This document shows positions 38,906 to 48,571 of a stretch of DNA of 64,000 bases, piece after piece. Every line of letters starts with the position of its first letter. Positions within the stretch are counted from its first letter, which is position 1. Under the pieces are notes generated by a model. That model worked only from the letters and a program-made list of their open reading frames with translations, ran no database searches and was not told where the DNA came from. This stretch comes from an uncultured delta proteobacterium (lineage in GTDB: Bacteria; Desulfobacterota; Binatia; HRBIN30; BPIQ01), in the NCBI GenBank assembly GCA_963761335.1, contig CAVXGR010000012.1, forward strand, positions 768,001-832,000, read 5' to 3'. The translations under genes were made by a program, and so were the position numbers.

Positions 38906-39745
38906 ATGCCTGAGTCTTCCTCTTCGGTAATGATCTGGTGGGCGGTCATGTGCAGCATCGCCGTGTTCAACGTCGGCGTGTGGCTCTATGCGCGAAGCAT
39001 CGCACGCAAGAGAAGAGCCGGGTATTCCGCTGAAATCGCCCGGATCAAGAGTTGGCAAATTGTTCTCTCCGGTGTGTTCGTCTTCGTCTGCGGATTTCGA
39101 TCCGTGGTTCCCCGCTTGGACGTACTCAGACTCACGCTAATCGATTCTTTCATTTCGAGTGTCGTTGTTGGACGCTCCCTGGCCACGGTCGCGGAGCTCT
39201 GCTTCTGCGGTCAGTGGGCCTTGATCTTATGGGAAATGGGCCGAAGCCTGAGAAGCGGCACCCTGACGTCCATGTCGAAGGTAATCGTCCCCATGCTGGC
39301 GGTTGCCGAGGTCTTTTCCTGGTATGCCTGCCTCACCACCAACTTCATCGGCAGCAGCATCGAGGAATCGCTCTGGGGGATCGCCGCCGCCATCACGGTG
39401 ATCGGCTTCGTGATCGGACGAGGCCATTATTCCGGACCACAGCGAAGGTTTCTGACCGCGGCCATCATCAGCGGCACGGGCTACGTCATCTACATGGCGA
39501 CCGTGGACGTACCCAACTACATTCGCGGGTACCTCAAGGCTGAGGCTGCCGGGAGAATATATACGCCGGTGCTGGAAGGATTTCGCGAAGTGGCCACGCA
39601 ATGGACCGTCACCCATTCTTACAAGGATTGGCAATACGCCATGGTCTGGATGACGCTGTACTTCAGCGTTGCCGTATGGGGAAGCATCTTGATTGCCCTG
39701 GCACCACGGTTCGATAGAAATCTCTCGCCGATCAAGAACCACTGA
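38906..39745 (+). CDS. Multi-pass membrane protein of unknown function
   Basis: About seven hydrophobic segments; lower GC than flanks. Confidence 0.8.
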   Translation: MPESSSSVMIWWAVMCSIAVFNVGVWLYARSIARKRRAGYSAEIARIKSWQIVLSGVFVFVCGFRSVVPRLDVLRLTLIDSFISSVVVGRSLATVAELCFCGQWALILWEMGRSLRSGTLTSMSKVIVPMLAVAEVFSWYACLTTNFIGSSIEESLWGIAAAITVIGFVIGRGHYSGPQRRFLTAAIISGTGYVIYMATVDVPNYIRGYLKAEAAGRIYTPVLEGFREVATQWTVTHSYKDWQYAMVWMTLYFSVAVWGSILIALAPRFDRNLSPIKNH

Positions 39746-40023
39746 TTGCCTCCGTCTTGTTCCATCAAGCTCCACCGCTCACAACCCAAGCCGGGTCGAA
39801 AGGCGCAGTTGCCGCCTGTGCCTCGCACAGGGGATTCGGCTTAGTGCGGCACTAGGGGGAATCGCTTATTGCACGCGTCCGACTGTTCGTGATACGCCCC
39901 GGCCTGAAGTCACCTCTTCGATTTGAAAGGGGTCTAGGGAGATTCTGCAAGCGTCCGATATTGAGGCGTTTCGTCAAATCGAGTCTTTATGCGGCCTATT
40001 CGCTCCATCTTTCGAGGTGAACC

Positions 40024-40467
40024 GTGACCGAACGCTACTGCGTGAACGCCCCCCTCGTCGCCAGCCAGGTCATCGACGGGATGGCGATGCTCATCCACTT
40101 CGAGACCGGCGCGTATTACAGCGCCAGCGGCTCCGGGGCCCTGACGCTCGAGCTCCTGTCTTCGGGGCGGACGGTGGCGGAGACGGCGGAAGCGCTCGCC
40201 TCGGCCTACCGCGTGGAGGAGGCGACGACGACCGAGCCGGTGGCGGCGTTCGCCGCCGCGCTGCTGGAGGCGGGGCTCCTCGCGCCGCGCGCCGAGCCAC
40301 CTGTGCCCGCGCCGATCCTAGCCGCTCGCCCGGAGCCGTTCGTGGCGCCCGTCCTCCAGGTCTACCGCGACCTCGAGGACATTCTGATGCTCGACCCGAT
40401 CCACGATGTCGACGCCGCCGGGTGGCCGACGACCACGCCCCTCGATGAGGTCGATTCGTCGGCGTAG
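40024..40467 (+). CDS. PqqD-family RiPP recognition element with a C-terminal precursor-like peptide
   Basis: VASQVIDG...ETGAYYS...LLEAGLL RRE pattern; tail FVAPVLQVYRDLEDILMLDPIHDVDAAGWP. Confidence 0.8.
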   Translation: MTERYCVNAPLVASQVIDGMAMLIHFETGAYYSASGSGALTLELLSSGRTVAETAEALASAYRVEEATTTEPVAAFAAALLEAGLLAPRAEPPVPAPILAARPEPFVAPVLQVYRDLEDILMLDPIHDVDAAGWPTTTPLDEVDSSA

Positions 40468-40482
40468 CCCGCGCGCCGTCCC

Positions 40483-41607
40483 ATGCGCGTAGAAGCCGCA
40501 AGCCGCTCCCGCCTCGATCCTGCCGTGCAGGCGCGGCAGCTCTTCGGCGATGCTCGCGACGCGTTCGAGGCCGCGGCACACGCGGTAGGCGGCGAGGTCG
40601 TGGTGCGGCTCCGCGTCGGCGGGCGGGCGGTCGCGCTTCGCTTCGCCGGCGAGGGGCTCCTCGGCATCGTCACGACCGCCTTGGCGCATCTCCGCGCAGA
40701 CGACGCCAAGGCCGACCTGACCGTCCTCCTCTTCGACACGGCCACGACCGGCGTCCTCCCGCCCGCCGCGCCGTGGGATCAGCGCGCCTTCGTCCCTCGG
40801 GGCGACCTCCGGCACCTTCGCCGCGGGTCGGTGCGGGTTGCGTTTCGCATCGACTCGGGGACGCTGAGCCTCTTCGACGAGGAGTCCGCGACCGCAGTCG
40901 CTTGGATCCGGGACCCCGCGGGGGTTCCCTCATGGGACTTCGCCGCGCCGCTCCGAACGATCCTCTCGTGGTGGGCCGTTCGACGGGGCGACCAGCTCGC
41001 GCACGGGGCCTGCGTGGGTACGGAGGCGGGAGGGGTCCTGCTCGCGGCGCCGGGCGGGTCGGGGAAATCGACCACCGCGTTGGCGGCGCTGCTCGCGGGG
41101 CTCCGCTTCGTGGGCGACGACTACGTGCTCGTGCAAGATGACCCGGACGAGGGGCCGCGCGTCGGAAGCCTCTACCGCTCCGCGAAGGTTACCCCCCACC
41201 AACTGGCGACGCTCGGATCGAGCTTGGCGTCGCAGGTCGCCCTACCGGCCGACCCTTGCTGCAAGACGGGCAAGGCGGTGCTCATCCTGGGGGAGCCGTT
41301 CGCCGCGCAGCTCGCTCCGCTCGTGCCGCTCCGCGCGATCCTCGTCCCGCGGATCGCTCCCGATGGGCGCGTCGGGATCCGGCCGATCGCGCCCGGGGCG
41401 GTCGTCATGGCGCTCGCGCCGACGTCGCTCCTGCAGCTCCCCGGCGCCGGCGCCCACGAGCTCGCGGCGTTCAGTCGCTTCGCGCACGGCGTGCCGGGCT
41501 ATGCGCTCGACCTCGCCCCGGACCTCGGCGCCGTGATCGCTTCCCTGCGCGCGGTCATCACCGCCCACACCGAGGAGGCGCCGCGAGCCGCGGCGGGCAG
41601 CGCATGA
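40483..41607 (+). CDS. HPr-kinase-related P-loop kinase
   Basis: AHGACV, Walker A APGGSGKSTT, VGDDYV. Confidence 0.8.
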   Translation: MRVEAASRSRLDPAVQARQLFGDARDAFEAAAHAVGGEVVVRLRVGGRAVALRFAGEGLLGIVTTALAHLRADDAKADLTVLLFDTATTGVLPPAAPWDQRAFVPRGDLRHLRRGSVRVAFRIDSGTLSLFDEESATAVAWIRDPAGVPSWDFAAPLRTILSWWAVRRGDQLAHGACVGTEAGGVLLAAPGGSGKSTTALAALLAGLRFVGDDYVLVQDDPDEGPRVGSLYRSAKVTPHQLATLGSSLASQVALPADPCCKTGKAVLILGEPFAAQLAPLVPLRAILVPRIAPDGRVGIRPIAPGAVVMALAPTSLLQLPGAGAHELAAFSRFAHGVPGYALDLAPDLGAVIASLRAVITAHTEEAPRAAAGSA

Positions 41608-42344
41608 GCCGCCCGCCGCGGACGAGCGTGGTCATCCCGGCGTTCAACGCGGGTTGGATCATCGCGGAGGCGCTCGCCTCCGCGCTCCGACAGACGGAGC
41701 CGCCGCTCGAGGTGCTCGTCGTCGATGACGGCTCGACGGACGATATCGCGGCAAGGATCGCCGCCCTTCCGGACGACCGCGTCCGGCTTCTCCGCCAGGA
41801 GAACCGCGGGTCGGCCGCCGCACGGAACGCGGGCATCCGCGCCGCGCGCGGCGAGGTCCTGGCCCTCCTCGACGCCGACGACATCTGGCCGGAGGACAAG
41901 CTCGAGACGCAGCTGCGGCTCCTCGATGGCCCGCCGCCCGCTGACCTCGTCACCGGCGCCACGCAGGTCCTGAACGCGACCGCCCCTCCCGAAGCGTCCG
42001 ATCGCGGCTTCGCCGCGCGCGGCGAGCCTTGGACGGCGCCGCTCCTGGGCAGCGCACTCTTCCGGCGCACCGTCTTCGACACGGTCGGGCTCTTCGACGA
42101 GCCGCTCCGCGGGGCGGGCGAGGACGTGGACTGGTTCATTCGCGCCCGCGAGCTCGGCATCCCCACTGCCGCCACCGACCGCGTGACCCTCTACTACCGC
42201 CTGCATGGCCGGAACATGACCCACGGGCTCGACGCGGTCGGCCGCGGGTTGTTCGCGGCGCTCAAGCGCTCGCTCGATCGCCGCGCCAGCGAGGGCCGCT
42301 CGCAGGTGCCGGCGCCGGCGCCCCCGAAGGGAGACGAGGCGTGA
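41604..42344 (+). CDS. Glycosyltransferase family 2
   Basis: SVVIPAFNA, VDDGSTD, AARNAG, LDADD, GEDVDW; ATGA overlap. Confidence 0.9.
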   Translation: MSRPPRTSVVIPAFNAGWIIAEALASALRQTEPPLEVLVVDDGSTDDIAARIAALPDDRVRLLRQENRGSAAARNAGIRAARGEVLALLDADDIWPEDKLETQLRLLDGPPPADLVTGATQVLNATAPPEASDRGFAARGEPWTAPLLGSALFRRTVFDTVGLFDEPLRGAGEDVDWFIRARELGIPTAATDRVTLYYRLHGRNMTHGLDAVGRGLFAALKRSLDRRASEGRSQVPAPAPPKGDEA

Positions 42345-43054
42345 GCGGCGGCCCGCCCGGCCGGGTCTCCGCAATCCTCGCCGTCTACAACGGCGAGCGC
42401 TTCCTCGCGGAGGCGATCCGAAGCATGCTCGACCAGACGGAGCCGCCGGACGAGATCCTCGTCGTCGACGACGGCTCGACCGACCGAAGCGCCGCGATCG
42501 CCCGGAGCTTTCCCGAGGTCACCTGCCTCGCGCAGCCCAACGCTGGCCAGTCCGCTGCGCTCAATCGCGGCGTCGCCGGGTCGACCGGCGAGCTGCTGGC
42601 GTTCCTCGACGCCGATGACCTCTGGACGGAGGACAAGCTCGCGCGGCAGAAGGCGGCGCTGGCGGACGACCCCACCCTCGAGGCGGTGTTCGGGCTCGCG
42701 CAGCCGTTCCGCCAGCCGCCCCCGCCCGCGGCCGGTGCGCCCCCCGGGGATCCGGTCGACCTCGGTCCGCCCGTCCGGGCCCACCTCCACGTCGCCGTCC
42801 TCATGCGGCGCCCCGCCTTCGAGCGGGCCGGCGGCTTCGATCCGCGCTGGCAGCTCGGGGGGATCGTCGACTGGTACGCCCGGATGCAGGAGGCGGGCCT
42901 CCGGAGCCGCGTCCTCGACCACGTCGTCTACCGGCGACGGATCCACGGGAAGAACCGCGGGATCGTCAAGCGCGCGCACCGCGACGAGTATCTCGCCGTC
43001 GTCCGGGCCGCCCTCGAGCGGCGCGCCCGGGCCGCCCGCGAGGCGTCGTCTTGA
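42341..43054 (+). CDS. Glycosyltransferase family 2
   Basis: VSAILAVYNG, VDDGSTD, FLDADDLW, RRIHG; GTGA overlap. Confidence 0.88.
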   Translation: MSGGPPGRVSAILAVYNGERFLAEAIRSMLDQTEPPDEILVVDDGSTDRSAAIARSFPEVTCLAQPNAGQSAALNRGVAGSTGELLAFLDADDLWTEDKLARQKAALADDPTLEAVFGLAQPFRQPPPPAAGAPPGDPVDLGPPVRAHLHVAVLMRRPAFERAGGFDPRWQLGGIVDWYARMQEAGLRSRVLDHVVYRRRIHGKNRGIVKRAHRDEYLAVVRAALERRARAAREASS

Positions 43055-44295
43055 CGGGGGTCGCGATCGACCGCAGCCCGCGGCGTGCGGGGACGGAGCG
43101 GTTCGCCGGCGATCCCTCGCTCCCGACGCCCATGGACGGGCTGCTCCTCCGGGCCGCGCTCCTCCCCGGCGAGCCGGGGCGCGTCGCCTGGGAGGCGTGG
43201 AGCCGCGAGGTCGACCTCGAGGCGACACCGCACGGCTCGACGCGTCTCTTTCCCTTGCTCCACCACGCCGTCAGCCGGCGGGGGGAGCCGGCGAGCCCGC
43301 TGGTCGACACGCTCCTCCGCTTCCGGCTGCAGAGCTGGGCCCGCGGTCAGCGCATCCTCCGCGGCGCCGCGCGCATCTTCGCCCGCCTCCGCGCGGCCGG
43401 CATCCCCTGCACGGTCCTCAAGGGGGCCGCGCTCGCGCCGCTCGACTACGGCGACTGGGACCAGCGGTCCATGATCGACATCGACGTCTTGGTCCCGGCG
43501 CCCCGGGTCGGCGAGGTGTTCGCGCTGCTCGTCGCCGATGGCTGGCGCTCGGTCTACGGCGAGGGGCGGCGGCTCGAGACCCTGGTCCGCGTGGTGCATT
43601 CGTGCGGCTTCCGGCACGCGGGGACCGGCCTGGAGGTCGACGTCCACTGGCACGCGCTCTTGCAGTGCTGCACCGATGCCTCCGACGAGGAGCTCTGCGA
43701 GGGCGCGGTGCCGCTCGACCTGCACGGGGTCGCGGTGCGCGCCTTCGCACCCACGGCGCGGCTCTTCCACGTGTGCGTCCATGGCTACCTCTCGAACGTC
43801 TACAACCACGCACGCGATGCCTACTGGGCCGCGGACGCGGCGGTGATCCTGCGCGCGCGCGGCGCCGAGGTCGACTGGGAGCGCCTCGTCGCCTTGGCGC
43901 GCAAGCGGCGCGTCGGCTGGGCGCTTGGGCGCGCGCTCGGCTACCTGGTCGACGAGCTCGACGCGCCGGTCGCGCCGCAAGTCCTGGCGCAGCTCAGCGG
44001 CTGCGAGCCCGTGGGCGTCGAGCGGCTCGAGGCGCTCGCCGGCCGGATCCAGTGGGACCGGGGCCGCCTGCTCGTCCTCTTCGCGTGTCGCTGGCTTCGC
44101 CTCCGGCAGCGGGAGGACATGCGCGGCCTCCGGGGTCTCCTCGAGTATCTTCGCTGCCTCTGGGACCTCGATCGGACGTCGCACATACCCGGTGTCGCGC
44201 TGCGCAAGGTGGCGCGCAACCTTGGACACGGCGTTACGTGGGCGCTCGCGCGCCGCTTCCGCGCCTCGGCCGCGGCGCCGAGGCCCGCCCCGTGA
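43051..44295 (+). CDS. Nucleotidyltransferase family protein (NTP_transf_5-like)
   Basis: VLKGAAL, RSMIDIDVLV, VDVHW, HVCVHG, WAAD, VDWERL. Confidence 0.85.
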   Translation: MTGVAIDRSPRRAGTERFAGDPSLPTPMDGLLLRAALLPGEPGRVAWEAWSREVDLEATPHGSTRLFPLLHHAVSRRGEPASPLVDTLLRFRLQSWARGQRILRGAARIFARLRAAGIPCTVLKGAALAPLDYGDWDQRSMIDIDVLVPAPRVGEVFALLVADGWRSVYGEGRRLETLVRVVHSCGFRHAGTGLEVDVHWHALLQCCTDASDEELCEGAVPLDLHGVAVRAFAPTARLFHVCVHGYLSNVYNHARDAYWAADAAVILRARGAEVDWERLVALARKRRVGWALGRALGYLVDELDAPVAPQVLAQLSGCEPVGVERLEALAGRIQWDRGRLLVLFACRWLRLRQREDMRGLRGLLEYLRCLWDLDRTSHIPGVALRKVARNLGHGVTWALARRFRASAAAPRPAP

Positions 44296-44324
44296 GGCGC
44301 ACTGGCTACTTCGCTGATCCGCCT

Positions 44325-44651
44325 CTACGCTGCGCGCCGATACTCGTGGTGGAGACCGTCGAGAACCGGGATCGCCACCACGGTATCGCCGGGATCCGCG
44401 AACGGCTCTTGCCCGTCGGGTACTTTCTGTCCGATACCTTGGTGCGGCCGCGCGTTGTTGAAGGAGCGGCAATAGCGCCGAAGGATCGAAGCGAACGACC
44501 GCTTGCCCAGGATGATCAGGTGGTCGAGGCACTCGGCACGCACGCTGCGCAGGAAGCGCTCACAAATGGCATTGGCGTTCGGCGCACGCACCACCGTTCG
44601 CAGGATCTGGATCCCCGTAGCGCGCGCGAGCGCGTCGAATCCGCGCGAAAA
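44325..44651 (-). pseudogene. C-terminal fragment of an integrase-core (rve) DDE transposase
   Basis: APNANAICERFLRSVRAECLDH, NNARPHQGIG, VLDGLHHEYRRAA; no N-terminus, abuts the tRNA 3' end. Confidence 0.8.
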
Positions 44652-44656
44652 AGAAG

Positions 44657-44741
44657 CGGAGGGGGGGAGATTCGAACTCCCGGACCCTTGCGGGTCGCCG
44701 GTTTTCAAGACCGGTGGTTTAAGCCACTCACCCACCCCTCC
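44657..44741 (-). tRNA. tRNA-Ser (anticodon TGA), CCA not encoded
   Basis: GGAGGGG/CCCCTCC acceptor stem with G discriminator; CCGGT-CTTGAAA-ACCGG anticodon arm; long variable arm GACCC-GCAA-GGGTC; GTTCGAATC T loop. Confidence 0.96.
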
Positions 44742-44889
44742 GGCCGTCCGCCATCCGTAGCCCGGAGCGGGCCGCGGGTAAAGCAGGGGGACAGTGCGTC
44801 ATGAACCTTGCGGTTCACCAATAGACAATGAAAATGAGGCTGGGAATCTGCCCCGGGAAGAGATTTGGCAATTCTCGCCTGGGCGAAGT

Positions 44890-45147
44890 TCGCCCCGGAG
44901 GGGCGTGGGCATGTAGCCCCGGGTGAAACCCGGGGAAAAATGCGCGGCCCGTCATGCGCGCCCCGCCAGGGGCGCGGGCAAATCTTCGTCGATGTCGCGC
45001 CTGTACGCCGATGATCGCCGCTGGGTGCGTGGGTAGCTCATACGCGGCCTCTACGCCTGCGCCCCTGCGGGGCGCTGGTCTGGGCCAATCGGAACGCGGT
45101 CCCCGGGTTGACACCCGGGGCTACATGCCCGCGCCCCTCCGGGGCGA
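44890..45147. repeat. REPIN-like ~255-bp palindrome of GTAG-type REP hairpins
   Basis: GTAGCCCCGGGTGAAACCCGGGG ... CCCCGGGTTGACACCCGGGGCTAC; outer cgccccggaggggcg / cgcccctccggggcg. Confidence 0.8.
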
Positions 45148-45367
45148 CAAGCCTCCACGCCAAGCGCCGGGGCTCCGACAGACCCTCCGGGGCGATGAGC
45201 TCCCCACCAAGTGCCGAGGCTCCGACAGACCTTCACCCAACAGATTTTCGAAGCAGGCATCTTTTCGGCGGCACACGCTGGGGCCGCCGAAAAACAGCCT
45301 GTCCCTCTGCCGCCTTCTCCCCTTCTCCGCTGGAAGCCCGGGGCATGCCGTAGGATAATCCGCGGCG

Positions 45368-47263
45368 ATGCGGATCCTCTTCGTCGCTCCCTACGTGCCC
45401 TCGCGCCTCCGGGTGCGCCCGTATCAGCTGATCCGCCACCTCGGGCGACTGGGGCACCGGGTCACCGTGCTGGCGGCGCGCAGCAGCGCGCGCGAGGAGG
45501 CCGAGGCGGCGGAGCTGGCGGCCGAGTGCGCCCGAGTCGAGACCGTGCTCGTGCCGCGGCGGCGCTCGCTCTGGAACTCGGCGCGGGGGCTGCGCGGGCG
45601 CCTGCCGCTGCAGGCGATCTACAGTCACTCGCCGGCACTGGAGCGCCTGGTACGCCGCGAGCTGGGGCGCGGCGAGACCGATCTCCTGCACGTCGAGCAC
45701 CTGCGCTCCGTGGCTCTGAGCCTCGACTTCGAGGACGTGCCGCGCATCTTCGACTCGGTCGACTGCATCAGCGCCCTCTTCGCGCAGACTCTGCGCCACT
45801 CCGTCTCGAGGCGGAGCCGCGCCATGGCGCGGCTCGAGCTGGAGAAGACGCGGCGCTTCGAGGGCTGGCTGGTGCACCAGTTCGACGGCGTCCTGGCCAC
45901 CTCTGCCGCCGACGCCGCGGCGCTGCGGGCGCTGGCGGCGGAGTCCACGGCGGCGGCGGCCGCCGACAAGGCAGGATCCTTCGAAGACGCGATCGCGGTG
46001 CTGCCGAACGGCGTCGATCTCGAGTACTTCCGTCCACGCCCGGAGCCGCGGCAACCGGCGACGCTGCTCTACGTCGGCCGCATGAGCTACCACGCCAACG
46101 TCACCGCAGCCCTGTCGCTTCTGCGCGAGATCATGCCGCGCATCTGGGCGCGGCGCCCCGACGTCCGTCTGCTGATCGCCGGCGACGCACCGGCGCGGCG
46201 GCTGCGCGCCGCGGCGGCGCGCTGTGGCGAGCGCGTCACCCTGACGGGCTACCTCGCCGACCTGCGCCCGATCTTGGCGACGGCCACCATCTCGGTGAGC
46301 CCGCTGGTGTACGGCGCCGGCATACAGAACAAGATCCTCGAGGCGATGGCCATGGAGACGCCGGTGATCACCACCGCCCGCGGCGCCGAGGCGCTGGCGG
46401 CGCGTCCCGGCGAGGATCTCATCGTCGCCGCCGACCCGGCCGACTTCGCCGAGGCCACCCTGCACCTCCTCGATGACGGTGAGCTCCGTTCGCAGCTCGG
46501 CGGCGCCGGGCGGCGCTACGTGGAGAGCCATCACGACTGGCGCGACATCTGCCGGCGACTCGAGGGGCACTACACCGAGGCCGTGGACCGCCACCGCCGC
46601 CGTCGCGCCACAGCCTCCGCGCCCACACCAGCTGCGGCACCCATCTCTCTGCCGGCGCGACCGGCGGGGAGTATCGCAAAGGAGATTCTCGATCGCGGCA
46701 GCGCCCTTCTCGGAATCCTGCTGCTGCTGCCGATCCTGGCGCTGATCGCCGCCGCCGTGCGCATCTCCTCACCCGGCCCGATCATCCATCGACGCCGCGT
46801 GCTCGGCATCGGCGGCGTCGAGTTCGACGCGTTCAAGTTCCGCACCATGGTCGCCGACGCCGACGAGCGGTTGAGCGCCGACGCCGCCCTGGCCGCCGCC
46901 TACAGCACCAACATCAAGATCCGCAACGACCCGCGGGTCACGCCCCTCGGCGGCCTGCTGCGCAGCCTGAGCCTCGACGAGCTGCCGCAGCTCGTGAACG
47001 TCGCCCGCGGCCAGATGAGCCTGGTGGGGCCGCGGATGATCTCGCCCGTCGAGGCGCCCCGCTATGGCACCGCCCTGGAGAAGCGGCTGACCGTCAAGCC
47101 CGGCATCACTGGCCTGTGGCAGGTGAGCGGCCGGCAGGAGGTGGGCTACCAGCGGCGCATCGAGCTCGACCTGGAGTACATCGACAACTGGTCCCTGTGG
47201 CTGGATCTGGTCATTCTGCTGAAGACGATCCCGGCGGTGCTGAGCATGCGCGGGGCGTTCTGA
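45368..47263 (+). CDS. GT4 glycosyltransferase fused to a bacterial sugar transferase (priming phosphoglycosyltransferase)
   Basis: GT4 motif [14 protein letters not shown]-terminal [52 protein letters not shown]. Confidence 0.9.
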   Translation: MRILFVAPYVPSRLRVRPYQLIRHLGRLGHRVTVLAARSSAREEAEAAELAAECARVETVLVPRRRSLWNSARGLRGRLPLQAIYSHSPALERLVRRELGRGETDLLHVEHLRSVALSLDFEDVPRIFDSVDCISALFAQTLRHSVSRRSRAMARLELEKTRRFEGWLVHQFDGVLATSAADAAALRALAAESTAAAAADKAGSFEDAIAVLPNGVDLEYFRPRPEPRQPATLLYVGRMSYHANVTAALSLLREIMPRIWARRPDVRLLIAGDAPARRLRAAAARCGERVTLTGYLADLRPILATATISVSPLVYGAGIQNKILEAMAMETPVITTARGAEALAARPGEDLIVAADPADFAEATLHLLDDGELRSQLGGAGRRYVESHHDWRDICRRLEGHYTEAVDRHRRRRATASAPTPAAAPISLPARPAGSIAKEILDRGSALLGILLLLPILALIAAAVRISSPGPIIHRRRVLGIGGVEFDAFKFRTMVADADERLSADAALAAAYSTNIKIRNDPRVTPLGGLLRSLSLDELPQLVNVARGQMSLVGPRMISPVEAPRYGTALEKRLTVKPGITGLWQVSGRQEVGYQRRIELDLEYIDNWSLWLDLVILLKTIPAVLSMRGAF

Positions 47264-47450
47264 GCGACCCACCGCCACCGAGACTCCGCGGTGCGGTAGT
47301 CGTTCGAGGCGCCTCGCCGGCGCTGACGCGATGTCCGTCGCGGTTGTACGCGTGCCCCATGGTGCGCAGGAACTGGAACTGATTCGATTCGTCCGGAAAG
47401 AACTGCATGGGGATCCTCCTCATCTGCGCGCGTCTTCGTCCTGGCGAGAT

Positions 47451-48281
47451 TTATCGCGGGACGCCGCGAGAGCGGCGCAGAGCTTCGGTCCAGCGCGCAA
47501 TCCGACTGCGCCGTAACTGCACCGCCCGCAAGACGCGGTCCGATCGCCAGTCGTAGCGGAAGGGGCCACTGGAAAATCCAAAGAGCTCCCGCTGCTCCGG
47601 GGTGAGGGCGGCGGCGACTTCCGGGGAGAGGCTCCGCGAGAAGTCCCAATGGGGGCGCATCCACGGGCGGGCAAAGAAGGCGTGCAAAGCCCGCCTCTCG
47701 TTGCCGGTGCGATTGCCACTGCCGGCGTGCCAGAGCCCTCCGCTGTAGGCGATGAGACTTCCGGCCGGCACCTCCACGAACACCGCCTCCTCCTCGGCGC
47801 GCTCCACTTCGCCTGCATCTCCCGTCCAACGCCGATCCTGGCTTCCGGGCACGACCCGCGTGCACCCGTTCTCCCTGGTGAAGTCGTCGAGAGTGTGGAT
47901 GGCATTGATGCACAGGATCATTCCGGGCACCGTCTCCTCCTGGTCGATGTGCAGCGACTGCCTCATGCCGCCCGGCGTCATGGTCAGACCGTTGAGGCTG
48001 CCGAGCACGCAGCTGCGCCCAAGCGCGGCGCGCATCAAGGAGAGCAGCGAATCTCGCAGACAGAACGAGCGGAAGAGGGGATGCTTCTGAGGCAGCATGT
48101 AGGCGACCCTGTAGGCCTCATTGTGCCAGCCTCGGCGGCGCCCGACCCGCTCCTCTCGCCCGAGAACCTCATCCAGGGCGCGTCGGGCTTCCGCGATCTC
48201 CGCGCTGCTGAGCACCCCCTCGACCACGGCGTAGCCCGTGGAGTGCAGCCCATCGAGGAAGCTCTTCACTGTCCCGTCCAC
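47451..48281 (-). CDS. Phytanoyl-CoA dioxygenase (PhyH) family 2OG-Fe(II) oxygenase
   Basis: GYAVVEGVL, LHID, LDDFTRENGCTRVVPGS, LWHAGSGN..R; GGAGG RBS before GTG 48281. Confidence 0.85.
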   Translation of the reverse strand: MDGTVKSFLDGLHSTGYAVVEGVLSSAEIAEARRALDEVLGREERVGRRRGWHNEAYRVAYMLPQKHPLFRSFCLRDSLLSLMRAALGRSCVLGSLNGLTMTPGGMRQSLHIDQEETVPGMILCINAIHTLDDFTRENGCTRVVPGSQDRRWTGDAGEVERAEEEAVFVEVPAGSLIAYSGGLWHAGSGNRTGNERRALHAFFARPWMRPHWDFSRSLSPEVAAALTPEQRELFGFSSGPFRYDWRSDRVLRAVQLRRSRIARWTEALRRSRGVPR

Positions 48282-48380
48282 GGTTTCCTCCGCAGCTCGT
48301 ATAGCGCATGCGCGCATCCGGTTTTCAAGACCGCGGCAGGCATTGAGGCAAAGGAGGGACCGGCCGGGTGAAAGCTGGTG

Positions 48381-48529
48381 GATCTTCGCGGTGTTCAAAG
48401 AGATCGGCGCCCTCACCCCGGCCCTGTCCCGCCGGCAACAATGCGGGAGAGGGAGCCCGCGCCCGCAGCCGCGTGAAAATCGACGGGCAGTCGTTGTCAA
48501 TGCGGCGCATTCCCCAAAACAGGACAGTA
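48381..48529. repeat. Inverted copy of the 16602 dispersed repeat
   Basis: Reverse complement aligns with 16602-16745. Confidence 0.8.
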
Positions 48530-48571
48530 CTGCTGGCGGGGCGGGCCCGCTCGGGATATGAAGCCGGAGCG

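Noticed and set aside
39937..39945. gggagattc as the displaced tRNA-Ser 3' end (att site)
   Set aside because: Only 9 bp match; expected by chance.
40024..44295. Canonical lasso peptide or PQQ cluster
   Set aside because: No lasso cyclase, B2 peptidase, or pqqB/C/E genes.
44652..44735. N-terminal part of ORF 44325-44735
   Set aside because: It is translated tRNA sequence; only the downstream part is transposase-like.
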